From the NCBI GenBank assembly GCA_964602975.1, contig CAZRTH010000004.1, positions 1-63,575 of the forward strand: 63,575 nucleotides of DNA. Reading direction: 5' to 3'. Every line of letters starts with the position of its first letter. The first letter of the stretch is position 1. This document shows, piece after piece, positions 33,565 through 42,255 of this stretch. The notes under the pieces are model-generated. The model searched no databases. It worked only from the letters and a program-made list of their open reading frames with translations, and was not told where the DNA came from. The position numbers were made by a program, and so were the translations under genes. Source of the stretch: an uncultured Candidatus Saccharibacteria bacterium (GTDB lineage Bacteria > Patescibacteriota > Minisyncoccia > Phycocordibacterales > JBBTRF01).

Positions 33565-34893
33565 ATGAAAAAGAGCACTGCATATACAATACTCGGGATC
33601 ATCATTGGCATCATCGTCGTTGCCCTTGGCATCTTGTATTTCCTTTTCTTGAGGACGCCGGCGAAATCTCCGGACCTTGGACCTGATACAAATAGCGAGG
33701 GGAAGGCAGAACACGGTGGTTTCGGCGGGACAGGGGAGACGAATCCTCCGGCAGTTGATACGGGAGTGCCGACAGGATCCGGAGCGACCACCACCGAAGA
33801 AGTTCCTCCGCCGCCTCGACTACGAAAGATCTCTGCTGGCCCTGTCGCCGGAGCTGTCGCTTTTGACCAAACAGTGAAGGTTGGTACGACCACAAAGACT
33901 GAAACTCATGTTCGGTTCATCGAGCGCATCAACGGCGCCGTATATGAGACTCGTACAGACGTTCTCGATACTCAGAAGATCGCCAGCGCCTCTATTCAAA
34001 AGATCCGCCAAGCACTTTGGGCAAAAGATGGCGCTAGCGTCTATCTTCGATATACCACAGACCAAAATCCGTACGCGGTGGAGACATACGTCGCGAAATT
34101 GACACCATCGAAGACAGCCACCTCGAGCCAAGCCGCCCTGCCGAGCGATATCAACTTTCTGCCGCAAGAGCTACGCGGGAGCTTCCTTGCCAGAAACCTT
34201 GTCGAGGTGATCCCTTCTCCATTCACCCTTGGTACCGTCTTCTACTCGTTGCCAAAATCAGGAAATCTGCAGGGTATTTTGTCGAGCCGAGATGATACGA
34301 GAAAGGTGGAAGTGCTCAATTCGCCTGTACTCGAATGGAGTAGCCAGTGGTTGGCAACCAATCTGTTTGCGCTCACCACCAAAGCATCCGCTTTCTCTGA
34401 TGGGTTCCTCTACTTCCTAAACACCGACACTCAGAAGCTCGATCGTGTGCTGGGTAATATCCGCGGCCTCACCACGCTCACTAGCGCCGATCAAAAATAT
34501 GTCATTTACTCGAACTCGAGCGACAACGGTTTCAGTACCCGACTTTTCAACACAAAGACCGGCGCGCTCGATGCTTTCTCCTTCACTGTCTTGCCAGAAA
34601 AATGCGTCTGGAGCAAGAAGCGTGTATCGATCGTATACTGCGCAGTGCCCCGGGATGTTCCAAATGGCGCCTATCCGGACAGCTGGTATCAAGGAACGAT
34701 GAGTTTTGTAGACGACATTTGGGGCATCGATGCATCGACAGGATCGACCAAGCTGCTCGTCAGCCTGACCGCCGTATCAAAAGAGGAGGTCGATGTAATA
34801 CAACCATTCCTCAGCGCGAGGGAGGATTATCTTTTCTTCACTAACAAAAAAGACGGCTCGCTATGGAGTCTGTTTCTTTCGACGAACAAATAG
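33565..34893 (+). CDS. Hypothetical membrane-anchored extracytoplasmic protein (beta-propeller-like)
   Basis: 442 aa. N-terminal anchor (ILGIIIGIIVVALGILYFLFL), a Gly/Pro/Thr linker, then a repetitive beta-rich body. It is the last gene of the same-strand block. Confidence 0.55.
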   Translation: MKKSTAYTILGIIIGIIVVALGILYFLFLRTPAKSPDLGPDTNSEGKAEHGGFGGTGETNPPAVDTGVPTGSGATTTEEVPPPPRLRKISAGPVAGAVAFDQTVKVGTTTKTETHVRFIERINGAVYETRTDVLDTQKIASASIQKIRQALWAKDGASVYLRYTTDQNPYAVETYVAKLTPSKTATSSQAALPSDINFLPQELRGSFLARNLVEVIPSPFTLGTVFYSLPKSGNLQGILSSRDDTRKVEVLNSPVLEWSSQWLATNLFALTTKASAFSDGFLYFLNTDTQKLDRVLGNIRGLTTLTSADQKYVIYSNSSDNGFSTRLFNTKTGALDAFSFTVLPEKCVWSKKRVSIVYCAVPRDVPNGAYPDSWYQGTMSFVDDIWGIDASTGSTKLLVSLTAVSKEEVDVIQPFLSAREDYLFFTNKKDGSLWSLFLSTNK

Positions 34894-35580
34894 TTCCTGG
34901 CAGATGGCAAAAATGTTGCTCGTGGTCCAGTAGATAGCAATACCGGCGTTGATGCTGTATGAGGCAAAGAACACAAAAACAGGGAGGACGTACTTCATTT
35001 GCGTACTCATGGCATGAGCGAGGTCTCCGCCGAATGACGGTTCCGCTTTCGGATCCTTCTTCATCGCCGGCATTGAATATTTGATCTGGAAAAATTGCGT
35101 TACGGACGCCAACAAGGCCAGTTCCCAGCTTTTTTTGGTGATATCAATGAAAAGGAGCTTCATTTCCACTACGGCTGGAATATGAACGAAGGAGTACAGC
35201 AAAGAAGGATCGATCTTTGGCAAACCGCCACGATAAAAGATCTGGTAAAGCGCGATGATGATCGGGATCTGGATGAAAATAAGCAGGATGTTCGAAAAAG
35301 GATTGATGCCGACCTCTTTGTACAACTTCATGGTCTGCATCGATTGCTCGGCAGGGTCTTTGTACTGCTTTTTCAGCTCATTGATGCGAGGTTCGAGCTC
35401 TTTCATTCTCATCTGGCTCACCACGGCCTTGCGGGAGAGAGGGAAGAGGATGAGCTTTACGATCACCGTGAAAAGCATGATAGCTATGCCGAAATCAGCC
35501 CATTGAGGCAGCGCGTTGAGCAGTAAAATAAGGCCGTTATACAACGGCTCGTAGAAAAACGTATGGTAGAGATAACTCAT
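34861..35580 (-). CDS. yidC: Membrane protein insertase YidC (short type)
   Basis: 239 aa. GIAIMLFTVIVKLILFPLSRKAVVSQMRMKELEPRINELKKQY and position upstream of rnpA-rpmH. Confidence 0.88.
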   Translation of the reverse strand: MSYLYHTFFYEPLYNGLILLLNALPQWADFGIAIMLFTVIVKLILFPLSRKAVVSQMRMKELEPRINELKKQYKDPAEQSMQTMKLYKEVGINPFSNILLIFIQIPIIIALYQIFYRGGLPKIDPSLLYSFVHIPAVVEMKLLFIDITKKSWELALLASVTQFFQIKYSMPAMKKDPKAEPSFGGDLAHAMSTQMKYVLPVFVFFASYSINAGIAIYWTTSNIFAICQELFVRRKKQTP

Positions 35581-35589
35581 CAGGCTATT

Positions 35590-35946
35590 CTAGACCAGTT
35601 TCACTTTTTTGAGAAGCCAAAGGATTTCGGCCTCCAAATCACTGATTGGTATCTCTTTTGCGTCCTTTCCACCAATCCTCACGAAAAACGCCGCGGCAAA
35701 GGGTTGCCTGAGGAGGTTCTTTTTTTTGAGGTCAGCTAGTACGTGTTCTAGGGCAGCGGAGAAGCGGCGTTTTATGCGGTTTCGCAACACAGCCGTTCCA
35801 GCCACCTTCTTTGAGACCACTACGGAGCACTTTGTCTTTGGAGATGGAATGATCCGAGCCGAAAAGCTGGTCGATGAACAAAAAACACCCTTCCCGAGCA
35901 ATTCGGGGAAGAGCGTCTTTGTGACTCGTTGAGCTTTTGGGAGCAT
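35590..35946 (-). CDS. rnpA: Ribonuclease P protein component
   Basis: 118 aa. RNRIKRR motif and conserved rpmH-rnpA-yidC order. Confidence 0.85.
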   Translation of the reverse strand: MLPKAQRVTKTLFPELLGKGVFCSSTSFSARIIPSPKTKCSVVVSKKVAGTAVLRNRIKRRFSAALEHVLADLKKKNLLRQPFAAAFFVRIGGKDAKEIPISDLEAEILWLLKKVKLV

Positions 35947-35995
35947 GTTTACAACACGTTTACAGACAGCGGCGTAGAGGCCGCCGGAAACGGGC

Positions 35996-36142
35996 TTATT
36001 TCGACTTCTTTACCGAGAGCTTCTTTCGTCCTTTGAGTCGTCGTCGAGCGAGCACTCGCTTGCCGCCGGAAGTCCGTCCTCGTACGAGGAAGCCGTGGGT
36101 CTTCGCGCGCTTTCGCTTTTTTGGATTATATGTGAATGACAT
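35996..36142 (-). CDS. rpmH: 50S ribosomal protein L34
   Basis: [44 protein letters not shown]. Start set at the internal ATG (36142). Confidence 0.9.
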   Translation of the reverse strand: MSFTYNPKKRKRAKTHGFLVRGRTSGGKRVLARRRLKGRKKLSVKKSK

Positions 36143-36249
36143 GAGCAATAGCGTAACACAGAGTACAAAAATGTTCAATATTTATAGCCATGCCTTGCAG
36201 AGAAATGGGGGATTTTATGCTTCGGAGTCTACATCGCGGTGTTTTGGAG

Positions 36250-36304
36250 TACCCGCGGATTTTGCATACGAAAGTATGAAGAAAGTATGCAAAATCCGCG
36301 GGTA
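36250..36304. repeat. Perfect 20-bp inverted repeat with 15-nt spacer
   Basis: TACCCGCGGATTTTGCATAC (36250-36269) is the exact reverse complement of 36285-36304. The spacer is GAAAGTATGAAGAAA. Confidence 0.9.
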
Positions 36305-36364
36305 GTCACATTTGCTAAAGCAACTCGACCAGAAATTGGAGGGAGGTGTTAAAATCTTGCGAGT

Positions 36365-36476
36365 AGGGAGGACCCGCAAACACACCGGAGGAACTGCGGA
36401 GGCCGACGGGCCGAGCCGGAGCGAAATTTCAGCAGAAATTTACGCCTATCCTCCGGTGTGTTTGCGGGTCCTCCCT
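36365..36476. repeat. Perfect 28-bp inverted repeat with 56-nt spacer
   Basis: AGGGAGGACCCGCAAACACACCGGAGGA (36365-36392) is the exact reverse complement of 36449-36476. The spacer contains a small AAATTTC/GAAATTT hairpin. Confidence 0.9.
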
Positions 36477-36556
36477 TGTCCACAACTTATCAACATGTTT
36501 CTCCACTCTCCACAAGTGTTGCATTTCCTTGCTAACTTATATAATACGAGTCACTT

Positions 36557-37903
36557 ATGGATTACAAACACATGTGGGATAAGGTACTGGTGGAGATCGA
36601 GCTCGCTATCTCCAAGGCTACTTTCATCACTTGGTTTACCAGCACCCACATTCAAAAGATCGAGGACGGAACCGTTCATTTGCACGTGCCCAATGTTTTC
36701 GCGAAGGACTGGATCAGCAACAAGTACCACAAACAGATCCTAAAAAACCTCCGCGGCCAAAACGACACTATTCGTGCCATGACCTACGTCATCGCAAAAG
36801 AGGATGGTAGCAAGAAGAAGCTCGAAGAAGCTCCGAAGGCTGCTTTCAACCCGACTACACAGCTGCCGCTTCAAGATCTCCAGATCAACAAAGACGACAA
36901 CTTGAATCCCCGCTACACTTTCGACACATTGGTTGTCGGCAGTTTCAACGAATTGGCTCATGCGGCCGCGCAAGCGATCATAAAAAAGCCTGGGCAGGCC
37001 TACAACCCTTTTTTCATCTACGGAAGCACCGGGCACGGCAAGACTCACCTAGTACAGGCGATAGGCAACCATATTAAAACGCACCACGCAGGGAAGAAGG
37101 TGTATTATCTGACATCGGAAAAGTTCGGCCAGGAGTGCATCAACGCCCTTCAAACGAACAAAATGAATTTGTTCAAGGAGAAATATCGAAAATACGATGT
37201 CATCATCATGGATGACGTGCAATTCTTCTCAAACAAGGACAAGATCCAGGAAGAACTCTTCCATTTGTTCAATTTCTTCTTCGATAACAACCGTCAAATC
37301 ATCTTTTCTGCCGACAAACACCCGAACTTCATCGCCAATGTGGAAGATCGCCTTCGTTCTCGATTCAGCTCTGGCATGTTGGTAGAGCTTCCATACCCTG
37401 ACCTCGAGTCTCGAACCGCTATTTTGAAGGCAAAGGCTTCTCAGAGCGGCTTCACTCTCAACAATGAGACGGCGGAGTACCTCGCTTCTTCGGTGGAGGG
37501 CAACATTCGAGAGCTCGAAGGTGCTCTCAACTCTATCGTCTGCCAAGCGCAGCTGAAAGGGAAGGAGTTGAGCATGCTCGAAATCAAGAATTTGGTAAAA
37601 AATAGTGCCAAGCCAAAGAAAACCATCGCCGCGAAGGATATTATCAAAGTGATCGCCGACTATTACAATATCGACGAGGCGAGCATCTACGACAAGACCC
37701 GCCGAAAGGAGGTGGTTCGCCCTCGCCAGATGGTGATGTACATTTTGCGTGAGGATTGCAGTGTTTCATATCCGTCGATCGGGCAAAAGCTCGGCGGTCG
37801 AGACCACACCACCGTCATCCACTCGTGCGAGAAGATAAAGCATGAGATCAAGACAGACCCCGTCTTGATGCAAGAATTGAGCCAGATCCGAGCTCTTTTG
37901 TAG
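36557..37903 (+). CDS. dnaA: Chromosomal replication initiator protein DnaA
   Basis: 448 aa. Walker A GSTGHGKTHL, Walker B IIMDDVQF and C-terminal DNA-binding signature GGRDHTTVIHS. A TATAAT at 36540-36545 lies only 11 nt upstream of the ATG. Confidence 0.95.
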   Translation: MDYKHMWDKVLVEIELAISKATFITWFTSTHIQKIEDGTVHLHVPNVFAKDWISNKYHKQILKNLRGQNDTIRAMTYVIAKEDGSKKKLEEAPKAAFNPTTQLPLQDLQINKDDNLNPRYTFDTLVVGSFNELAHAAAQAIIKKPGQAYNPFFIYGSTGHGKTHLVQAIGNHIKTHHAGKKVYYLTSEKFGQECINALQTNKMNLFKEKYRKYDVIIMDDVQFFSNKDKIQEELFHLFNFFFDNNRQIIFSADKHPNFIANVEDRLRSRFSSGMLVELPYPDLESRTAILKAKASQSGFTLNNETAEYLASSVEGNIRELEGALNSIVCQAQLKGKELSMLEIKNLVKNSAKPKKTIAAKDIIKVIADYYNIDEASIYDKTRRKEVVRPRQMVMYILREDCSVSYPSIGQKLGGRDHTTVIHSCEKIKHEIKTDPVLMQELSQIRALL

Positions 37904-38215
37904 TCTGGCAGTCCGACGTAGCCAGAGATATTTTCTTACAGGTGGGGAAAAGAGTGGGGATAACTGCCTAACAAGCCACCGAAAGGTGTGGAACGGCTTG
38001 GGGACAGGCTGTAGGGAGAGTGGGGGTAAGGTGGGGGAAATAATTGCTCATTTCAACAAAAAACCCTTATCCCTCCACACCTGTCCAGAGTATCCCCAAT
38101 CGAGGTGGGGAGGAAGATTTGAAAAGCACGGCCTAGTTGAGAGCTCCCCTGAGTTATACACATATCCACAGTCTTAATAATAGTAATAAGTATTTATATA
38201 CAATATAGTAAGAAC
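37904..38215. other. Candidate oriC (DnaA-box cluster plus AT-rich unwinding element)
   Basis: The dnaA-dnaN spacer carries near-consensus boxes TGGGGATAA (37955-37963), TTATCCCTC (38067-38075), GTATCCCCA (38090-38098) and ATATCCACA (38162-38170). GTGGGG(G)WAA-type repeats occur near 37942, 38020, 38031 and 38104. An AT-rich run spans 38174-38212. Confidence 0.65.
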
Positions 38216-39316
38216 ATGAGGATCGAATGCGTGAGAGAAAAATTCGCGGCAGCAGTCCAGAAAGCAGAACGAGTGACTGGAAAGAATCTGACCCTACCCG
38301 TACTCAAGTGTCTCTATCTAAAAGCAGAGCAGGGCAATTTGCTCATTCGAGCTACCAATCTTGACCTGGGTATCGAGATAAACTTGCCAGTGAAGGTCGA
38401 GATTCCCGGCTCGGTGGCCATCCCTGGGGCAGTACTCTCGAATTTTTTGCAATACGTGAAGAATGACAAGAATATCGTGCTTGAGACAGCGGACGGCAAT
38501 CTCTCGGTATCCACTCAGAACAACTCCACCATTATCAAAGCTCTTCCGCACGAAGATTTTCCAACAGTGCCGGTCTTTTTGAGAGAGAACAGCATCACCT
38601 TGGCGCCAAAGGAGTTCGTCCGCGGTCTCAAAGCCGTCTGGTATGCCTCTGGAACCTCTCAGGTGAAGCCGGAGCTGGCCAGCGTGTACGTATTCGCGGA
38701 CCAAGACGAACTGGTCTTCGTAGCCACCGATTCATTTCGATTGGCCGAGAAGCGAATACGGGTAAAAAAGGCACAGGATTTTTCACACGTACTCATTCCA
38801 TTCAAAAATGTCACTGAGATCATGCGAATTTTGGAAGAGATCAGCGATGATGTTGAGATCACCTTCGACAAAAACCAGATCGCCTTCTCCGCTGAGAATA
38901 TCTACCTCACCTCTCGGCTAATTGATGGCTCATTCCCAGACTACAAGCAGATCATTCCAAAAGAGCACCACACAGAAGCCACCTTGCTGAAAGAAGACCT
39001 CATGAGTTCTCTGAAACTCGCCCACATTTTCTCGGATAAGTTCAATCAAGTGTCATTTTCTGTCGCACCATCGACAAAAAAATTCGAATTGAAAACCAAA
39101 AATGCCGATGTTGGAGAAAATGTGAATAAACTCAAAGCCAGTCTCTCTGGAGAAGATCTCGATATGAATTTTAACCATAAATATGTCACAGATTGCTTCC
39201 AATCGATCGACTCCGACAGCATTTCACTTCATTTCAATGGCCCGAGCCGTCCAGTAGTGCTGCGAGGCATTTCAGACAAGTCGTTTTTGTACCTTGTGAT
39301 GCCAATGAATCGATAG
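38216..39316 (+). CDS. dnaN: DNA polymerase III beta sliding clamp
   Basis: 366 aa, located immediately after dnaA. Three-domain length and an N-terminal pattern typical of DnaN. Confidence 0.88.
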   Translation: MRIECVREKFAAAVQKAERVTGKNLTLPVLKCLYLKAEQGNLLIRATNLDLGIEINLPVKVEIPGSVAIPGAVLSNFLQYVKNDKNIVLETADGNLSVSTQNNSTIIKALPHEDFPTVPVFLRENSITLAPKEFVRGLKAVWYASGTSQVKPELASVYVFADQDELVFVATDSFRLAEKRIRVKKAQDFSHVLIPFKNVTEIMRILEEISDDVEITFDKNQIAFSAENIYLTSRLIDGSFPDYKQIIPKEHHTEATLLKEDLMSSLKLAHIFSDKFNQVSFSVAPSTKKFELKTKNADVGENVNKLKASLSGEDLDMNFNHKYVTDCFQSIDSDSISLHFNGPSRPVVLRGISDKSFLYLVMPMNR

Positions 39317-39322
39317 TGTCCG

Positions 39323-39574
39323 ATGTTCAATATATCGAATTTTTTCGAAAGATTCTCACAGCTTAAAAACAACGCATTCGTTGTTCGTGATGCGGTCATC
39401 CAAGCGATCCATACAGTCACCGGAATACAACTCGAAGGCGCGAATGTCGAGGTAAAAGAGGGAGTTGCCCGTATTCAGATCGATCCTCTGCGCAAGAACG
39501 TGATCTACATCAAGAAAACCGCTATTCTCGATGCTTTGAAACAGCAAGGTGTCAACCTAAAGGACATTAAATAG
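39323..39574 (+). CDS. Small protein, possibly DUF721/DciA-like
   Basis: 83 aa directly downstream of dnaN. VEVKEGVARIQIDPLRKNVIYIKKTAILDALK resembles the DUF721 core. Weak call based on pattern and position. Confidence 0.35.
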   Translation: MFNISNFFERFSQLKNNAFVVRDAVIQAIHTVTGIQLEGANVEVKEGVARIQIDPLRKNVIYIKKTAILDALKQQGVNLKDIK

Positions 39575-42220
39575 CACGGTCGCTTCCACCTTGTTGCCTA
39601 CACTGTCCTTCGCCACCACCTTCAAGTTGTTCTGACCAGAAAGGTTCGCCGAATCCGCATCGCTTAGGTTGAAAGAGAAGGTCCACGGAGCCTGTTCTTT
39701 GGTGCCGAGATAGGCACTGTTCAGATAATAATCGATGCGAGCTAGAGGGAAGTGGCTCTTCACCTCAGCGACCACTGTCACGATCCCATTTCTTGGAAAA
39801 GAGGAGTTTGCTGCTGGGAATTGGATATTCAGAGTTGGTAAGTATTCTGGCAAATGCATATCGTCCTTCTGCGTCGGCGCAACCTCGATTCCTTGGCTGG
39901 TGATATGATTCACTTCCGCCCATTTTTGCACGGCATATTCCCAGTTTGCGAATTGTGAGTCAGCACTCGGCATGAGCGGCTGCGGACCAGTCGGATCGTC
40001 TTTATTGATCCAAAACAGGATCGAATGGATGTCTTGCAGCCCGCGCTCCTCTCGGAGCTCAGGTGGAGTATTCTCGGTTGCCAATTTGCCGCTGATCTTG
40101 TCGACAAAATATGTTTGGTTGCCCTTCCAAAAACCGCGAAGGATCGGTTTTGCCGTCTCGTCCAGTAAGGGGATCGGTTTTGGAAAATTCTCTGCTGGAT
40201 ATTTCTTGAATGTCTCATACATGAAGGCATTCCATAGCGGAGCGATCACTTGGCGAGCCGAATTTTCCTTTGCGATAGGGCGACCGTCGTTGTTTCCCGC
40301 CCACGCGCCGACGGTGATATTCGGAGTGTATCCAACCACCCACATATCCTTGAAATCGTTCGTCGTTCCTGTTTTGACTGCTACGTCGTAGCCAGGGAAG
40401 TGAAGTGCGGAATTGCTACCGAAGATCGGGGCGCGAGCGACATTGTCTGAAAGCACATCGGAGATGGTGAGGGCAATGTTTGGATCCAGCACGGCGATCG
40501 GTCGAGGCTCAAATTTTTCCAATATCTCGCCATCGCTATTCTCCACCTTGAGGATGCCCGTGCTTGGATTGCGGACTCCTTGATTCGCGAAAACGGAATA
40601 CGCACTCGTCATCTCCAGCGGAGTCACCTCGCCACCGCCGAGCACCAAAGTGAGGCCGTACTGGTCGGCATTGGTGAGGCTCTCAACCCCCATGTCCTTG
40701 GCTAGACGCAGTGAGTCCTGGATGCCGGCAAGGTACAGGGTTTGAATAGCCGGCACGTTGATCGACTGAGCCAAAGCATTGCGCAGGCTTATCGGTCCGC
40801 GGAAATTGCCATCATAGTTGCGTGGGGAATAGCACACAGCATCTGCGCGTTTTGGCGTACTAGATCCAACGACCAAAGTGCCGGCAGGGCTAACGCTCAG
40901 ATTCGGGCTGCAATCGCTGGAAAACTCGATTGGCACGTCGAAGACCACCGTGTCAGGGGAATATCCTTTGATGAAAGCCTCCGCGTACGCGAACGGCTTA
41001 AACGATGAACCTGGCTGGCGCCGCGCCAATGTGACATTGAAATTTCCATTGATATCTTTGTCGAAATAATCGCGGGAACCGACCATGGTGAGGATCTGAC
41101 CGGTCTTCGGGTCGATCGCTACCAAAGCGGCATTCTCCGCGTCGAGCTGCTTTTTGTTCTCGAGCGCGTACTTCTTCACGATCTGTTCGCCCTTCTGCTG
41201 CAGCTCGTAATCCAAAGTGGTGGTAACCTTCAGTCCGCCCTCGGAAACAGTCTGCTCGCCATACTTATTCACCAAATATTCTCGAATGAAGAACACAAAA
41301 TGCGGTGCCTTTATGCCCTTGTCATCCGGCTTGCTGAAATCCACCTTCTCCTTTTTCGCCGCATCGTACTCTGTTTGGGTGATGAAATCATTATCGAGCA
41401 TTTTTTGAAGTACCAAATCTTTTCGGACCTCTAACCTGTCCCGATGGTTGCCAAAAGGAGAAAAGAAGGTCGGCGCTTGGGGAAGGGCTGCCAAGTATGC
41501 CGATTGTGCCAAGGTAAGTTCGCTCGCATGTACGCCGAAGAACTCTTCAGAGGCCTGCTCGACGCCATAGATCGTTCCGCCGTACGGCGCCTCATTCAGA
41601 TAAATGCCCAAGATTTGATCTTTCGTGAGCACCTGCTCCAATTTCAACGCCAGTACCCACTCTTTTAGCTTTCTGGTGGCTGTCTTCTCCCTGGTGAGCA
41701 GGGCATTTTTGATGACCTGTTGGGTGATCGTCGAACCGCCTTGGGCGAGTTGGAGGGTAAAAATGTCAGTGACGATCGCTCGGAGAATCGCCTTCGGCTT
41801 GATTCCATGGTGTTGATAAAACTCAGTGTCTTCAATGGCGACTGTTGCATTCTTTATATTTCGGGAAATATCCTCGTAGGGAATCTTTTCACGCTTGATA
41901 TCGTTGTACACGTCATACAACAGGATCTTGCCTGTGCGGTCGTATATTTTGGTCGATTGACTCACTTTTCGCTGCTCAAAAGCGCTCATGTCGGGGAGTT
42001 GGAAGGTCGATACCCAAAATGCTCCGAGGCCGCCGATGACAAAACAGAGGGAAATAGCCACGACAGCCAATTCTTTCAAAAGAAGCGCGTGGCGCCTGAA
42101 CCAATGGCCGGTCTTTCGACCAAAAATAGAGCCGTGGTGACCTACTAGACGAGCATGTCGAGAAAACTGAGCGGTTGTTTGCTGGACAATACGGCGCGGA
42201 TGTTTCATTTGGTACAACAA
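39557..42220 (-). CDS. Bifunctional class A penicillin-binding protein (glycosyltransferase/transpeptidase)
   Basis: 887 aa. GT51 motifs EDTEFYQHHGI, GGSTITQQ and RKLKE. Transpeptidase motifs SSFKP, SIN and KTGTT. There is an extra Ig-like C-terminal domain. Confidence 0.9.
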   Translation of the reverse strand: MLYQMKHPRRIVQQTTAQFSRHARLVGHHGSIFGRKTGHWFRRHALLLKELAVVAISLCFVIGGLGAFWVSTFQLPDMSAFEQRKVSQSTKIYDRTGKILLYDVYNDIKREKIPYEDISRNIKNATVAIEDTEFYQHHGIKPKAILRAIVTDIFTLQLAQGGSTITQQVIKNALLTREKTATRKLKEWVLALKLEQVLTKDQILGIYLNEAPYGGTIYGVEQASEEFFGVHASELTLAQSAYLAALPQAPTFFSPFGNHRDRLEVRKDLVLQKMLDNDFITQTEYDAAKKEKVDFSKPDDKGIKAPHFVFFIREYLVNKYGEQTVSEGGLKVTTTLDYELQQKGEQIVKKYALENKKQLDAENAALVAIDPKTGQILTMVGSRDYFDKDINGNFNVTLARRQPGSSFKPFAYAEAFIKGYSPDTVVFDVPIEFSSDCSPNLSVSPAGTLVVGSSTPKRADAVCYSPRNYDGNFRGPISLRNALAQSINVPAIQTLYLAGIQDSLRLAKDMGVESLTNADQYGLTLVLGGGEVTPLEMTSAYSVFANQGVRNPSTGILKVENSDGEILEKFEPRPIAVLDPNIALTISDVLSDNVARAPIFGSNSALHFPGYDVAVKTGTTNDFKDMWVVGYTPNITVGAWAGNNDGRPIAKENSARQVIAPLWNAFMYETFKKYPAENFPKPIPLLDETAKPILRGFWKGNQTYFVDKISGKLATENTPPELREERGLQDIHSILFWINKDDPTGPQPLMPSADSQFANWEYAVQKWAEVNHITSQGIEVAPTQKDDMHLPEYLPTLNIQFPAANSSFPRNGIVTVVAEVKSHFPLARIDYYLNSAYLGTKEQAPWTFSFNLSDADSANLSGQNNLKVVAKDSVGNKVEATVLFNVL

Positions 42221-42255
42221 TAGCAGAAAAAGTCTCGGCGTGGTAGATTATTTGC

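Noticed and set aside
21354-34893. Secretion operon as an integrative conjugative element or plasmid remnant
   Set aside because: No relaxase, coupling ATPase, integrase, replication genes or att-like repeats are in or around it. By eye the composition looks like the flanking core genes. It is kept as a chromosomal T4SS-like system instead.
36312-36743. 143-aa plus-strand ORF spanning the rpmH-dnaA spacer
   Set aside because: It runs through the 28-bp inverted repeat and the dnaA promoter, then overlaps the dnaA start in another frame. Its composition is implausible for a protein. The region is treated as non-coding.
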